Shown here: positions 51,908 to 64,000 of the stretch, piece by piece | How the letters are laid out: the number at the start of each line of letters is the position of its first letter | How positions within the stretch are numbered: position 1 is the stretch's first letter | NCBI RefSeq assembly: GCF_033153115.1 | Contig: NW_026889771.1 | Span: 6,696,001 to 6,760,000, forward strand | Length of the DNA: 64,000 bases | Direction: 5' to 3' | DNA from: Saccostrea echinata | Taxonomy: Eukaryota | Notes under the pieces: model-generated | The model's database searches: none | Seen by the model: only the letters and a program-made list of their open reading frames with translations | What the model was told of the DNA's origin: nothing | Position numbers and translations under genes: made by a program

Positions 51908-53029
51908 AAAGAATCTCCCGAGGCAGGTCAATTTGAAAATCCACATTGAAATTTTTTAAGCATTCCAGTTTTACCACACAATCGGACAAATCCAGCACCT
52001 AAAAGCAATTTATCGACAGATGAGCCAGGCAGGCACATACATGCATGAATAACATATATCACATATATTTACACCCAATCTCGTATTATTATTTTTCAAG
52101 CTCAGATACGCCATATATAACTTTAATAAGTTCTAAACTTAAACAAGGGTATCATTTTTTAAAAAACAACGTAAATATTACAATGTTTTCGAATTATCAA
52201 TAAATTATGATTTTTTTCGATCACGTTTCAATTCTCTTTCGTGAGGAGGCTTGATATGATTATGCTTAACAAAGGGAAATAATTCAATATCATCTCAGAC
52301 AAGTGCATATCAAAACACAAAGTATGTTTAAGAATTTAATTTTTTGTATACTGGACACTGCTGTAGATCAGTCTAGAGACACAAATAATAAGATGCGTGA
52401 TTATCAAAGTAGACAACGGATTGGCCGCCAACACAAAGAGCAGGTACTGCAACTGAACAATAGACTGGCCGCTCAAACACAAAGGGAAGGTCCTGCAAAA
52501 CATCAATGCAATATTCACATAAACATCATTTTCAAAAGGTTCAAAAACATAGCTCAGTTTTAATTATTTTCAATATTCCCAACAACCAATTGAATTGCCA
52601 TACCTGTACTGGATTCCAAGTATTCATTAAAATCCTTACGTAGTGAGATCTAGTAAATGCTGTACCAAGCCTTTTTCTTTAATCCTCTTGAAAATATTTT
52701 CAGCAATGATAGAGAACTTCAGCATTTCTTGGAAACTACATATTTCAGAGGTGGTGTTTTATCAAATGTAGATACTAAAAACCTCCAAAACACTTTAAAG
52801 GTTCAGTTCGCAAACACAATCTGACAAATGGTATAAGCCTTGACCCTGGAAGGTGCAAAGGTCATATACCTTTGACCCTGAGAGCTACAGAGGTCAAGTA
52901 TTCAACTGGAATATTACTTTAAATTTTAACAACAATTACAACATTTATACATGTATCTCCATATTTTACCTTCATATTTAGAAGTGACACTAATGAAGGA
53001 GAAACATCAGGAGTACTGTACAACAACAT

Positions 53030-53690
53030 GTTCTAGAAGTGGTTTAATCAAACGTGGATACTCAAAAATTCCGAGGAACTGTGACAAAATTTGAAATCAC
53101 TAAATTTTATGAAAATCAATAGCATAAAAACGTGGGAGTTTTCAATACGTAATTCAACCATTACCCCTGGATAAATTTAAGACCAGCTTTTTGACTTCAC
53201 AGAAAACTGCTTCTTCAATGAAAATGGAACTTTCAAACCTTGTCTTTGGTCATCTGCAAACTTTTTTGTTAATAAAAAAAAATTCTGGTTCTTCATATAG
53301 CTATCATAAAGTCGATATTAAAAGATGCTTCAATTTCTAATTGACAATATCTATGTAGATTTTGGAAACCAGTTCTTCGACCAATCTTTTGAAGTTCCAT
53401 TGCGTACTAATAATGCCTCGTTCTTAGCTGACCTGTTTTTGTATTCATATGACGCAAAATTTATGCAATACCTCTACCTAAAAAGAAGAAGTCTCTTGCT
53501 AGGGCCTTCAATACGACTTTAAGATGTATCTATGACGTTCTGAAAATATTCATATTCTTTCTTACTTGATTCGATATATCCCATTGAACTCGAAATACAA
53601 GACACCACAGTGTCTGCCACTGAAATCATTGGTGACAAACTAACTTGAAAACTTTAACGTTTCTTTCGTCATCTGTAGCAATATACAATC
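53030..53690 (+). mobile_element. Degenerate Penelope-like reverse-transcriptase fragment
   Basis: FLIDNIYVDFGNQFFDQ..VPL.TNNA.FLADLFLYSY resembles the PLE RT motif (QxxGIPMGTNCAPLLADLFL). Related 3'-end fragments at ~7810, ~35330, ~54700-55200 and ~59735-60150. Confidence 0.7.
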
Positions 53691-56600
53691 AATAAATCCT
53701 TTTTTGGCTATATAGATTGTTTCGGTATTATAAAACAGTTATGGAATCGATACTCGGGAAATAGCAAAGAACAAGGTACAGTTTCAATACAAATCTGGCC
53801 CTGTATTTTTCTAAAATATGGAAGCGACGTAAGAAATTAAAATTCTTTTTTTTTCTGAATCGTTGAAATTCCATGCAGTAAGAATATACAAATCGATTTT
53901 CTCACATGACCTTCTAAATGCTAATTGTGACTTTATGAACTTGTGTATTTTCCCGTGTTTTCTTAAAAAAGTTGCAGAAGACATCAAATTTCAGTGAAAT
54001 TTTCTTTGAAATAATATATAGAGCACATTTCAGTGAAATTTTCTTTCAGATAATATATAGAGCACATGCATCGCCCACAAAGATTTTGAGAAATGTGATT
54101 TATAAAAGGATTTTACACAAAATATCTGAAAATTGAAGCAGGTGACGGCTGTGGTCATTGTTTTCTTTAAGGAAAATAACCCCTGAAATGAGTCATTTTG
54201 AGGCTTTTTCTGTTTAAAACTAAGAAAGGTACCAAATTAATGACGTCATATTTCAAGAATGGTCTTTCTTCATGCCATATTCTTTTATGAATTATCACAT
54301 TCATATACTCAAATCAAATTTAAGCCAATTTCATAACTTTTTGAAAATATAAAATTTTAAGGGCACAATAAAGCCCAAATCGTACCTTCTCCTTTAAGGT
54401 TCCCCGAGGGAGGAACCTATTTCACGAGGCGACGATTAATGTTTGAAACTCTAAGTATCTTCTTTTTTTTTAAATGAAGATCTTCAATATTTCTTTTTGA
54501 TTATTGCGATTTATCACCAGTATAAATGAAATGGAAATAATAAGTTCATTGTGCAAATCTAAAACACAATAAAGAGTATGAGATTTTTTTTAAAATCCCA
54601 GACATTTGGTTCTCCAATTTCAAATCTAATTAAATCATAATCTTGTGTTCAAAAAAGGTAGGTATTAAATTTTCCATTTTGAAGCGGGCCTCTGGTAAAA
54701 AGTTGATGCTATAGGGTTTTCACCTATATTTGAAAGTCAGCATTTCGCAAATTTAATGGTCGTTATAATGACCATAATATCGTTTGCAAGTACAAGTTGA
54801 GTTGCTTGTTGACTGACATGTTTCCCATCGATTGTTAGACCATTGTTTTATTCAATTTTAACTATGTATAATGAAAAAGGTGATGAAAACGAATAGAGAT
54901 CGATTTGAAAAAAAATCTACAAACAATACAAAACTGTGAACAGGGCATAAAACTCAGACCCGCAGAAATTCTAGAGGTGGGATCAGGTGCCTAGCTAGGA
55001 GAAGTAATTTAAGCCGGTTTACCTGATCAATATAAAGGGCTCATGGAGGTTGTGACCGGCCGAAAGGGGATGCCTGCATCTACTAGGCACCTGTTCCCAC
55101 CTCTTATGTTTACAGAGATCTGTGTTTTTTTGTCCTGTTGACGATTCGTATTTTTGTTGGATTTATGAGATTGATTACTGTTCGTCATCTTCATCTTTTA
55201 CATCAAATAAAGCTATTTTTGTTTTAATTGTTGCCTTGAAAAATTAAAAAAACATCTATTTGCCAAAATTCCATATAATAACATTAATACTATGCCCTTT
55301 CACTATTGTTTTTATATCATTTGGCCAGATTGATGGATGTTTCTGTGCTTTACAAACGCATCTTGTTTAACATGTAAAAAGAGCTCTCAAGTATTAATTG
55401 AAAATGAATAATAATGTATCATATAACAGACATGCACCATTTTACAAGACATAAAATATACTTTAGATTTGGAATTTTGTCGATTACTTATAGAACTTAT
55501 TCGCAATGTGCATATGAAAGAGATATTAGAATTATACATGTATGGAGACAGAATATCAATCTGGATATACTTGGAAAAGTTTCTTCATAACATAGAATTA
55601 GTTCCAAAATTTCCTTCTTACCTGAAAAATACTAGATTTGTTGCTGGAATTATAATAAAAAAATTTCATTTCAAAGCCATTCGTACAGTGGTTTTCTTCA
55701 ATTGAAATCTCGAATCTTTTGGGATGTCACTCTGAAACAAACTGGAAAAGAGGGAAATATTTTATTTAGATTCTCCATTGCGTACTTTTGTGTGAAAGAA
55801 ATACTTAGTCATAGAGTTGTATTTCTTATCTTAGGGAATTTCATTTCATTATTGTAAAGTGTCAGTCTATTTCGGTCAGTGTTCTACTTTATCACTGACA
55901 TACATTTTCCCCTATTACCAAGATAATACTTAGCTGAAGGTAGGTACTTATCTAAATATACATGTATGTATACTTATTATCTTACATAATATTTTCACAG
56001 GAAAATTACAATTAAAACAAATGCTTGGTAGCTCTGTTATAATCCTAATTATTTTATCTACAGCACATATATTTTTCTTGTTTCTTTTTAAATAACTATG
56101 CGTACTTAGTGTGTCATTTAACAAACATTTTGTTTCCCCAACTTAAGACGCAAATGTAATCGTTTTCAACATGAATTGAAACGTATAGCATAAATCCAAA
56201 ACATTACCTTAGATTTAATTTTTGTGAGGCCTTCAGAGTAGTGACACTTTGGGAACACGTTGCCCGGCGTCTGTCTGTCCGTCCGTCTGTCACATCCAAT
56301 ATCTTGAGACTGGAAAGAGATGAGTATTTGATATTTTACTCATATTTTTCTTGAAACAATGGCCTTTGTAAATAATAATGGTTACCGACCTCGCCTTGAC
56401 CTTTGACTTTCTTTTCAAAATACACAATAGTGCCGATTTGTACATATTCTTTGACTTTTGAGGGGTACGCCTGCACATGTAGCATTTGCACTTCTTGTAG
56501 TAAGAAATACCAAGGTTACAATCCACTTGATCTTGAACTTTGGCATCCTTTTGAATAATACTTCGAACCATTAATAACATGTCTTTTGAATTCTGAGAAC

Positions 56601-57313
56601 TGTACTTTGATAACTAACATCTATATTGTATATTTATTAAATCATGACACTTTATTTTCAAACTACATGATATACATGTACATTTCCCACACAAATGAGT
56701 TCCGTTAATTCCATGAAAATAAATCGGGATTGGTTTACTGACTTCTTGTAAAAAGAAAGTGTACTAAGAATTTCAGAGAGGATAATAGTAGCATATATTT
56801 AGCATTTTTTGACCTCACGACACTTTACTTTTCGAAATGTATGATTGACATTAACCACACAAACAAAAATGAAAATGAATTCCTTTGGTGGCATGAAAAG
56901 AAATCGGGATCGGTATACCGACGTAGTTTTGTATGCGGGCTGACAATTGCAGGGAAGATTAACAAGAATTTGAAATAAATAAATATTTTTATTATAATAA
57001 TTTCAATTTGATTATTCATTTAAGCTTTGACGGTTGTTGGATTAAATTTCTATTTGATAGTCACATTTTTTGTAAATACAATTTTATCGCAGTCCTGCTA
57101 TCTCTGGATGTTTTTCTTTGCATGAACTCTTATATTAATTTGTAAATTTAAAAAATACACTCCCTTTAGAGAATTGCACACACTTCAGCTTATTTTTGGC
57201 TTTATTTATGTCTTTAATGATGCTACATGTATATAAGGCGACACATGCATTCATTGGATACTCTAGTTTATTTTAATACATGTATCTCTTATTTAGCAAA
57301 CTTATTTAGTGAG

Positions 57314-60300
57314 ATGGGAAGCAAAGGAGCTCTCACGTTCCTTTTTACCATGTTTCTATCATCAACAACGTATATTACTGATATCACAACTAGGGAAAGC
57401 GAAGTTGAAATCCAAACAAGACTGGGAAATGTGATAGGAGTACGCCACACCTCTTTTATAGATAAGAGAACAATTTTCAAATTTCTCGACATACCGTACG
57501 GTAAAGCCCCGGTAGGTCAATTACGGTTTCAAAAACCTCAGCATTTTGGAGCTTGGTCAAAGACCCTTAATGCAACAACATTAGGCCCTGTTTGTTATCA
57601 ATCACAAAACCAGTCAACAACATATCCAGGATTTACTGAAGATTGTCTCAAGTTAAACATTTATGTTCCAAATGATATAAACTCTTCAAACAGCAAATCA
57701 GTTATGGTTTGGTTTCATGGGGGTGCATTTACATTCGGTTCCGGAGGCATGTTTGATGGAAGTATGCTTTCTCTAGTAGGAGATGTGATTGTTGTGACAA
57801 TAAATTATCGTTTGGGAATATTTGGATTCTTTGCTTCGAGAAATAACAAGGCAAAAGGAAATGCCGGGCTTTGGGACCAGAAAATGGCTCTAAACTGGAT
57901 AAGATATAACATAAAAGACTATGGCGGAAATCCTGATGATATAACAATATTTGGGGAATCAGCGGGGGGATCCAGTGTATCCTTACAATCTTTAATACCT
58001 AGCAACAGAGGACTTTTTCACAGAGTAATTGCTCAAAGTGGAACTGCTAATTCCCACCGTGTAGTATCCAATGCAACAATATCTACCATTGCAGTTGGCA
58101 AGAAAGTTGGTTGCACATACAATTACCACTCAGGGAATGATCAAAACTTTGTTGAATGCTTAAAAGCTGTAGATGCAATTGATCTTGTAAAAGCAATGGA
58201 TATAGTTTGGATGGACTTAGGATTGAACGCTCTTGTAACGCTTCCTTTTTCCCCGACAGTTGACGGTGAACTCATTCGTAAGGATCCAATTCATTTACTG
58301 ACAGACAGGTCGTCACCAGAATTCAACTTTTTTCAATCACTGGACATGATGATTGGAATTTGTGATAATGACGGTTCCCTGGCAATGAGCTTCTTACCTC
58401 TTTATCAATCAAAATTAAACTTTAATTTCAGTGAAGGTGTACCAACAAGTGAGTTGTGCAATGTTATCGTACCTGTATTCTCAAAGTCTTTATACAACAG
58501 CAGTGGCGATGTTTCAAATGCAATTTGCAAGAAGTACTCTGCGGTAAACAACATTGAAGAACAAGGTCGAGAATTTTTGCACATGCACGGTGACGCTACG
58601 TTTATTGCCCCTGCAGCTCTTGCTCTAGAATATCATGCAAATAGTATTCAGGGAACAACAACATATCAGTACGTGTTTGCCGATGAATTACCTTCAAACA
58701 ATCCCTTAGTACCTTCATGGTATCGTGGGTCTGCGCATGGGACTGATGTCTTTTACTTATTTTTTTATGAACAAGTTAAAACAAAATATGTCTGGCCCAA
58801 CGGAGCTGACGTATTAGTGAAACAGATGAGACAATACTGGACCAACTTTGCAAAGACTGGGTAAACTGATTTAATTTGTTCTATTTTTCTTTTACGATAT
58901 AAAGTTCTCTAAAAGTTTATGTGCAGAAATTTTTAAAAACACAGCCAAACCTGTCATAGCTATCACTTGTATTTAACAACTTAATGTCATATGCGACCAT
59001 TAAATTTCCTCCATTGAAATTTTCATTATATTTTATCTGAATTCAGCTACTCCCTGTCAACACGACATAGGGCAATCGTTTTTTGCCCCAAGCAGTTTAA
59101 GGCCCTGGATTCAGCGACTTTCTTTGATAACAAACGTAATGAAATATTTCCCCCTTGCCCCCACTTTGCAGAAAGATGTTTGCAAAAAAGTACATGTACT
59201 TATTATTGGAGTATTTCACAGTGTGAAACTTGGTATAAAATAAAAACTTAAGAAAAAAACAAGAAACAAAGTAACTACTGATTATCTTTGAAGTGGTTTT
59301 GATTGATGGTTTTTTTTCACTCATATAAACATGTCACCGTACCCGTAAAGGGCTTCAAATTCAGACCTATACTCTGAAGGGCCATTGAGCACTAAGGGCC
59401 ATTGAGCAATGAAGGTTCTTTACCGTGCCAACGACTACCGTGACATGTGACCTCGGTTTTTTAATGAATGACCCGTGACTTTCACTTCTAATGCCGGGCG
59501 CTTGGGGAAGGAACAGTCACTACCCATGTTAATGTCTTAGGCTTGAAGCGGCGCGGCGAACGAGAATCGAGAACGAGAACCCGGGCCTACCGATCATGAA
59601 ATAAATTATTATCTGGTGGCGGCCATATAATTTCTGGCGGCGGCAGATAATTATCTGGCAGCCGCCAGAACTATTTATTTGGCGGCCGCCAGATAAAATA
59701 ATTTTTCTACCTGGCACCTTCCGGCTTCCGTACTTAAGAATATGCTTCTAAGACGATCAATTCTTAAACAAAAGCAGGCTACAGACAAATTACAGGGATT
59801 TCATCAAACTCGTTTAAAGTTCCCATTTTGTAAATTCTTTTGTCGTTAAATTGACCTATTTAACAAATACTGCCTATCACTGGGACGTAATTTAACTGTC
59901 ATATTTCATACCATTTGTAAGGCCATTGTTTTTGTTGTGTATGTGCGTTTTTTGCTTAAATTAACTACGAATTATTCCTTCTACCTGATCAGTACGTTGT
60001 AAGACTGGTCGACAGGGGATACTTACTCCTCCTAGGCACCTGATCCGATATCTGAAATTTCCAGGGGTCCGTGTTTAATGCCCTTTTCAGAGATTTGTGT
60101 TGTTTGTAAGATTTTTAAAAAAAATGATCACAGTTCCTTATCTTTACAATTTTCATTATGATATCATTTTCTCTCTATAAAGAAACCCTAATGGACAAGG
60201 TTTGCCAAATTGGAACCCATTTGATGATAGTACATTACATCCATACATGAACCTCCAATCCTTGATGACTTCCATGGGAACAAAATACAGGAAAACCTAT

Positions 60301-60384
60301 ATAGATTTATGGAATAAGGAATTGCCTAACATATTGCAAAATAGATGTAATTTAAGGAGTTGTGTTATGCCAGTTGTTGGTTAA
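57314..60384 (+). CDS. Type-B carboxylesterase, PVVG-tail class, Asp-triad copy B6 (582 aa)
   Basis: True start inferred at 57314 by homology to B5. Exons 57314-58860 and 60183-60384. Motifs GESAG, CDNDG, SAHGTD. Ends CNLRSCVMPVVG*. Confidence 0.93.
59310..59597 (-). mobile_element. SINE-like element in the B6 intron
   Basis: Longest copy of the tttttcactcata... family in the window. Confidence 0.6.
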
Positions 60385-60750
60385 TGTTTGATGGTGAAAA
60401 TTTTGTTTTCATGTCACAAAGATAATAAAAAACGGAAAAACTAAAAAAAATCTCATGATCTTTGCAACTGCAGAACACAAACAGTCACAAATATATTTCC
60501 TTGTCAAAGATTTGGAAAATCTCAATGTCAAGGGCAAAAATGAATTATAAACTTTTTTACTCTATAAAAGAAGGCAATGTTAAAAATTTATAATAAGCTG
60601 TTATATTCTTTTAATTTCCTTGATTAATTGTTAACTTTAGCTCACCTGAACCAAAGGTTCGTCAGATTTTCTGATCGAAGGGTGTCCAGCGTCCGTCTGT
60701 CGTGCGTCGTCTGTAAACATTTCAAATTTTCGACTTCTCAAGTACTACTC

Positions 60751-60796
<46 letters not shown>

Positions 60797-61252
60797 TTTT
60801 TTTTTTCAAGTGAATGACCATACCCTCTTTAAAGGGGATATGATTAAAAATCAGTAAAAAAAAAAAATAATAATAAGGGCATCTTGAAAAAATCTTCATA
60901 AGAACCACTGGGCAAGAAAAGATGAAAAATCTAAGAAAGCTTCATTACTAAGAATAGATTCAAGTTTTTTTTTTTCAAATCGCGACCCCAGGGAATAGAC
61001 TGGAGCACAAATGAAGATGAAATTTTTACATAGAAATCTATGGGAATAATCTTGAAAAGTCCTCTTCTTAATACAGTTAAAGCATGATAAGTCATATTTG
61101 AATGGAAGCATCCTCAGGTAGCAAGTATTCAAATCATAACCCCAGGGGCAGGGAGGGGTCATAATAAGCGATCAATGTTTTACATTGAAATACATAGAAA
61201 ATATTCTTTAAAAATCTTCTCAAAAACAGCAAATCCATGATCTGTGGTATTA

Positions 61253-62541
61253 CAGCTGTAATCGATTAAAGTTTGCGGTGTAATCATGAGTAATCAGTAA
61301 TCATCCATTTTTCTGATTAAAAGTAATCGTAATTTAATCGATTACTCTGAAAAAAAGTCTTTGTAATCATGATTACTTTTTTTATAACTTTATGATTATA
61401 ATTTTTAAAAATGATGGTTTTTTTAATTAAATTCAGTGAATATTTTTCAGTGTGCAAATTTGTTTATAATCAAAAAATATTATAAAAATTATAGGCTACA
61501 TGCAGTTATATCTTCTATTGCCTTCAGAAATGTTTATTATAAGGTCCATTGACAAGAATGTGAGTGAATCATCTCATACTAGCTTTATTTAATGGTCATA
61601 TTTCAAAGTACTTAGGCAGCTTAGAAATTCATCTTGTTTGGCTAGAAAATTACATGGTCATCTTAAAGTTTGGATTTTTTCAGCAACATGTATGCAATGC
61701 AGCATTTGGTTTTACTGTAAATCTTTAGATATACAAGTGGATTTTTTTTTTTTTATCAAAGGTACCTTTGTGAAGTCTATTTCACAAATCACAACTTTGT
61801 TCGATTTATAAAAAAAAATGTCAACAAATTTTGTTTCATTTACAAAATAATGTCAATTAATTAGCTATAAAACACAGGTGTGCTCAAGTTAGGTCAGCTT
61901 GGGTAATAACAATAGAGATATAACAATGCTTGTCCAATCAAAGTGGTAAATTCTAGTAAAAATATCTAACAATTAGCATGTTAATTGAAATGTTCATCAC
62001 TTATATCAGTATGGTCAATTACATATATCGGTTTTCTATTGAATCCCTCTAACTATAATTATGTCCAATTATATTGATAAATTAGTTATATTATTTTGTT
62101 TTTTCTTCAACAATAACACAAATATTTACTTGTATATAAGATAGAAACCAGATGATCAGATGAATCATCAAGCATCTATACAAGGACATGTGACCAAATT
62201 TTGTCTGAACTCTACCTTTAAAATGTAAATGATGATAAAACGCAATTAAAAAGTGTGTAAAATGAGCATTGATTTTAGAATATAATGTCCTATGAAAAAA
62301 AACAGAGAAAACATTTCTTTCCCAAACATTAAACTAAGAATTTATAAGAAGAAAAACTTTTTAAAAATTTAATGTAATCTAGAGTATTCACAAGTAATCA
62401 TGATTACATGATGGAAAAGTAATCAGATGTAATTGATGACTTTAAAAGATGGCTGTAATCAACTTGAAATCGATCGGTTTTAAAATCCAAAGTAATTGTA
62501 ATTTAATTGATTACTTTTGAAAGTAATCGACCCTATCCCTG
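61253..62541. mobile_element. Nested non-autonomous DNA element with GTAATC/GATTAC subterminal repeats (hAT-like)
   Basis: Dense gtaatc motifs at both ends, right end gtaatcgaccctatccctg. Interrupts a host satellite unit. Degenerate 8-bp TSD (tggtatta/tcatatta). Confidence 0.6.
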
Positions 62542-63080
62542 TCATATTAATATGCTAGCATCCTTGGGTAGTTTAGATTCAAATTTGTTCAAATCATGAC
62601 AGCCCTCCCACCCAAAGGGGTACAATAGGCAATTAAAGTTTACATAGGAATAAATAAAAAAAAATCTTATCAAGAACAGCAAAGCCAAGATAAGTCATTT
62701 TCTTAGGAATATATGGGAAAAAATTTCAAAAATAGCACGGCCATTATAAGATATATTTATACGCAAGCATCCTCACGCTGTGTAGATTCAAGTTCGGTCA
62801 AATCATGACCCAAGGAGGTAGGGTGGGACTTCAATGGGAGATCAAGTTTTACATAGGAATGTATAGGAAAAATCGTTAAAATTCTTTAATTCTCTAATGC
62901 ACAGCAAGGCCGTCATAAATCAAACTGATATGTTATGCAAGTATCCCCAGGCAGTTTAGATTCAAGTTTGTTTAGATCAGGACCTTCAGGAATAGGTTGA
63001 GGTAACAATAGGGATTAGAGTTTTACAAGGGTCTATATAGGAAGACATATTTTCAACAGTTGCCAGACCACAATAAATCG

Positions 63081-63328
63081 CAGGCTCGTAGAACGCGGGG
63101 AGGGGGCACTTTTTTTCTGAGAGTTGTATTCTGCTATATTAAATTTTCCTTTAGATGCTGGTTGCCCCCCCCCCCCCTTTTTGATGTTGTTAGGTCAAGC
63201 ACTGGTAAATGCCCTTATTTGAACAATAAATAAGCTTTTTTTAAAAATAATTTTATTTTGCTTGTCAGATTCTTTTGGGAAGTTGAGCGCCCCCCCCCCC
63301 CACTTTTGAAACCTTTGCTACGGGCCTG
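63081..63328. mobile_element. MITE with 5-bp TSD
   Basis: TIR caggctcgtag / ctacgggcctg. aatcg is duplicated at 63076-63080 and 63329-63333. Confidence 0.75.
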
Positions 63329-63947
63329 AATCGTAATAAGGAAAAGATTCCTAAAATGTAGATCAGATTTTACTTTAAAATTATAAGCCCTTAAATTGGG
63401 GTTGGGCCGAAATCAAGAATCTAAATATCTTCCAAATTACATAATGAATGTGAACTGGAAAAAAAAAAACAGGAAAAGCAGGCCATGTTGATTGTTTTGA
63501 TATTGTAGGATCCCAGTGATGTGTGGATTCAACATGAATCATAATTCCCTTTGGACTCGATTTTCGTCAACAATATGGAGTCAAAAATTTTTATGAAATT
63601 AAAGAGGGAAATTAAGAAAGATACAATATGCAGCATAAAATAAAATAAGATAATTGAAAATAAAAATATTGATGTAATTACATGTTTGTTATTCAAAAAA
63701 ATATAGTAAAGAAATTGTAACATGTTAATTGATATTGGTCAATCCATAAGGTCATTGTACCAATCTTTTACATGTATCTTTGTCGGTGCAATAAATTTAA
63801 AATTTAGGATCAACTCATCAACATGCTATAACTGTATAGTTTTGTTGTTATTTACATAAAATATTATCATGACTAGCAACAGACTTCTCTTACCCATTTT
63901 TCAAAAGTGAGTACAAAATTTAAAAACTTAAGTCTTTATATAAAAAG

Positions 63948-63950
<3 letters not shown>

Positions 63951-63983
<33 letters not shown>
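63951..63983. repeat. (AG)n microsatellite
   Basis: Read directly. Confidence 0.95.
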
Positions 63984-63987
<4 letters not shown>

Positions 63988-64000
63988 TGAAAGTCTTCAA

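Larger units (their letters stand above)
60637..63530 (+). mobile_element. Helentron/HINE-like element with ~165-bp array and nested insertions
   Basis: Starts tttagctcacctga, then a cgtc/gtct microsatellite and units reverse-complementary to 37839-40800. Right end is approximate. Confidence 0.7.

Noticed and set aside
51750-51998. Poly-Phe ORF
   Set aside because: Translation of a SINE poly(A) tail.
52303-52563. Hydrophilic 86-aa ORF as a possible exon
   Set aside because: No motif, partner exons or convincing splice pair.
53988-54065. 39-bp direct tandem duplication
   Set aside because: A local slippage event inside a TE fragment with no evident function.
57227-57313. N-terminal extensions in the ORF track (also 41884-41928, 23257-23262, 19064-19075)
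   Set aside because: These run through intron acceptor sequence. Paralog comparison places the starts elsewhere.

Overview
AT-rich eukaryotic (animal) DNA with spliceosomal GT-AG introns. The repeat content looks bivalve-like, probably an oyster (inference). Most of the window is a tandem array of type-B carboxylesterase/cholinesterase-like (COesterase, alpha/beta-hydrolase) genes: six apparently intact genes, one frameshifted pseudogene, one LTR-disrupted half-gene and two small relics. There are two classes. Minus-strand genes end in a hydrophobic GPI-signal-like tail; plus-strand genes end in an invariant C-x4-C-x2-PVVG-stop tail. In the first 36 kb the two classes sit head-to-head, and that divergent cassette appears four times in different states of decay. 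A five-exon ependymin-related (EPDR) gene, fragmented in the ORF track, lies inside the array. The rest is transposon-derived: a 5'-truncated BEL/Pao LTR retrotransposon, two internally deleted mariner copies, a hAT MITE, a 90-bp hairpin with a 9-bp TSD, foldback elements, Helentron/HINE-like elements carrying ~145-bp and ~165-bp tandem arrays, and SINE and Penelope-like fragments. No prokaryotic systems were found. Exon models and family assignments were read by eye and need RNA-seq or alignment confirmation.
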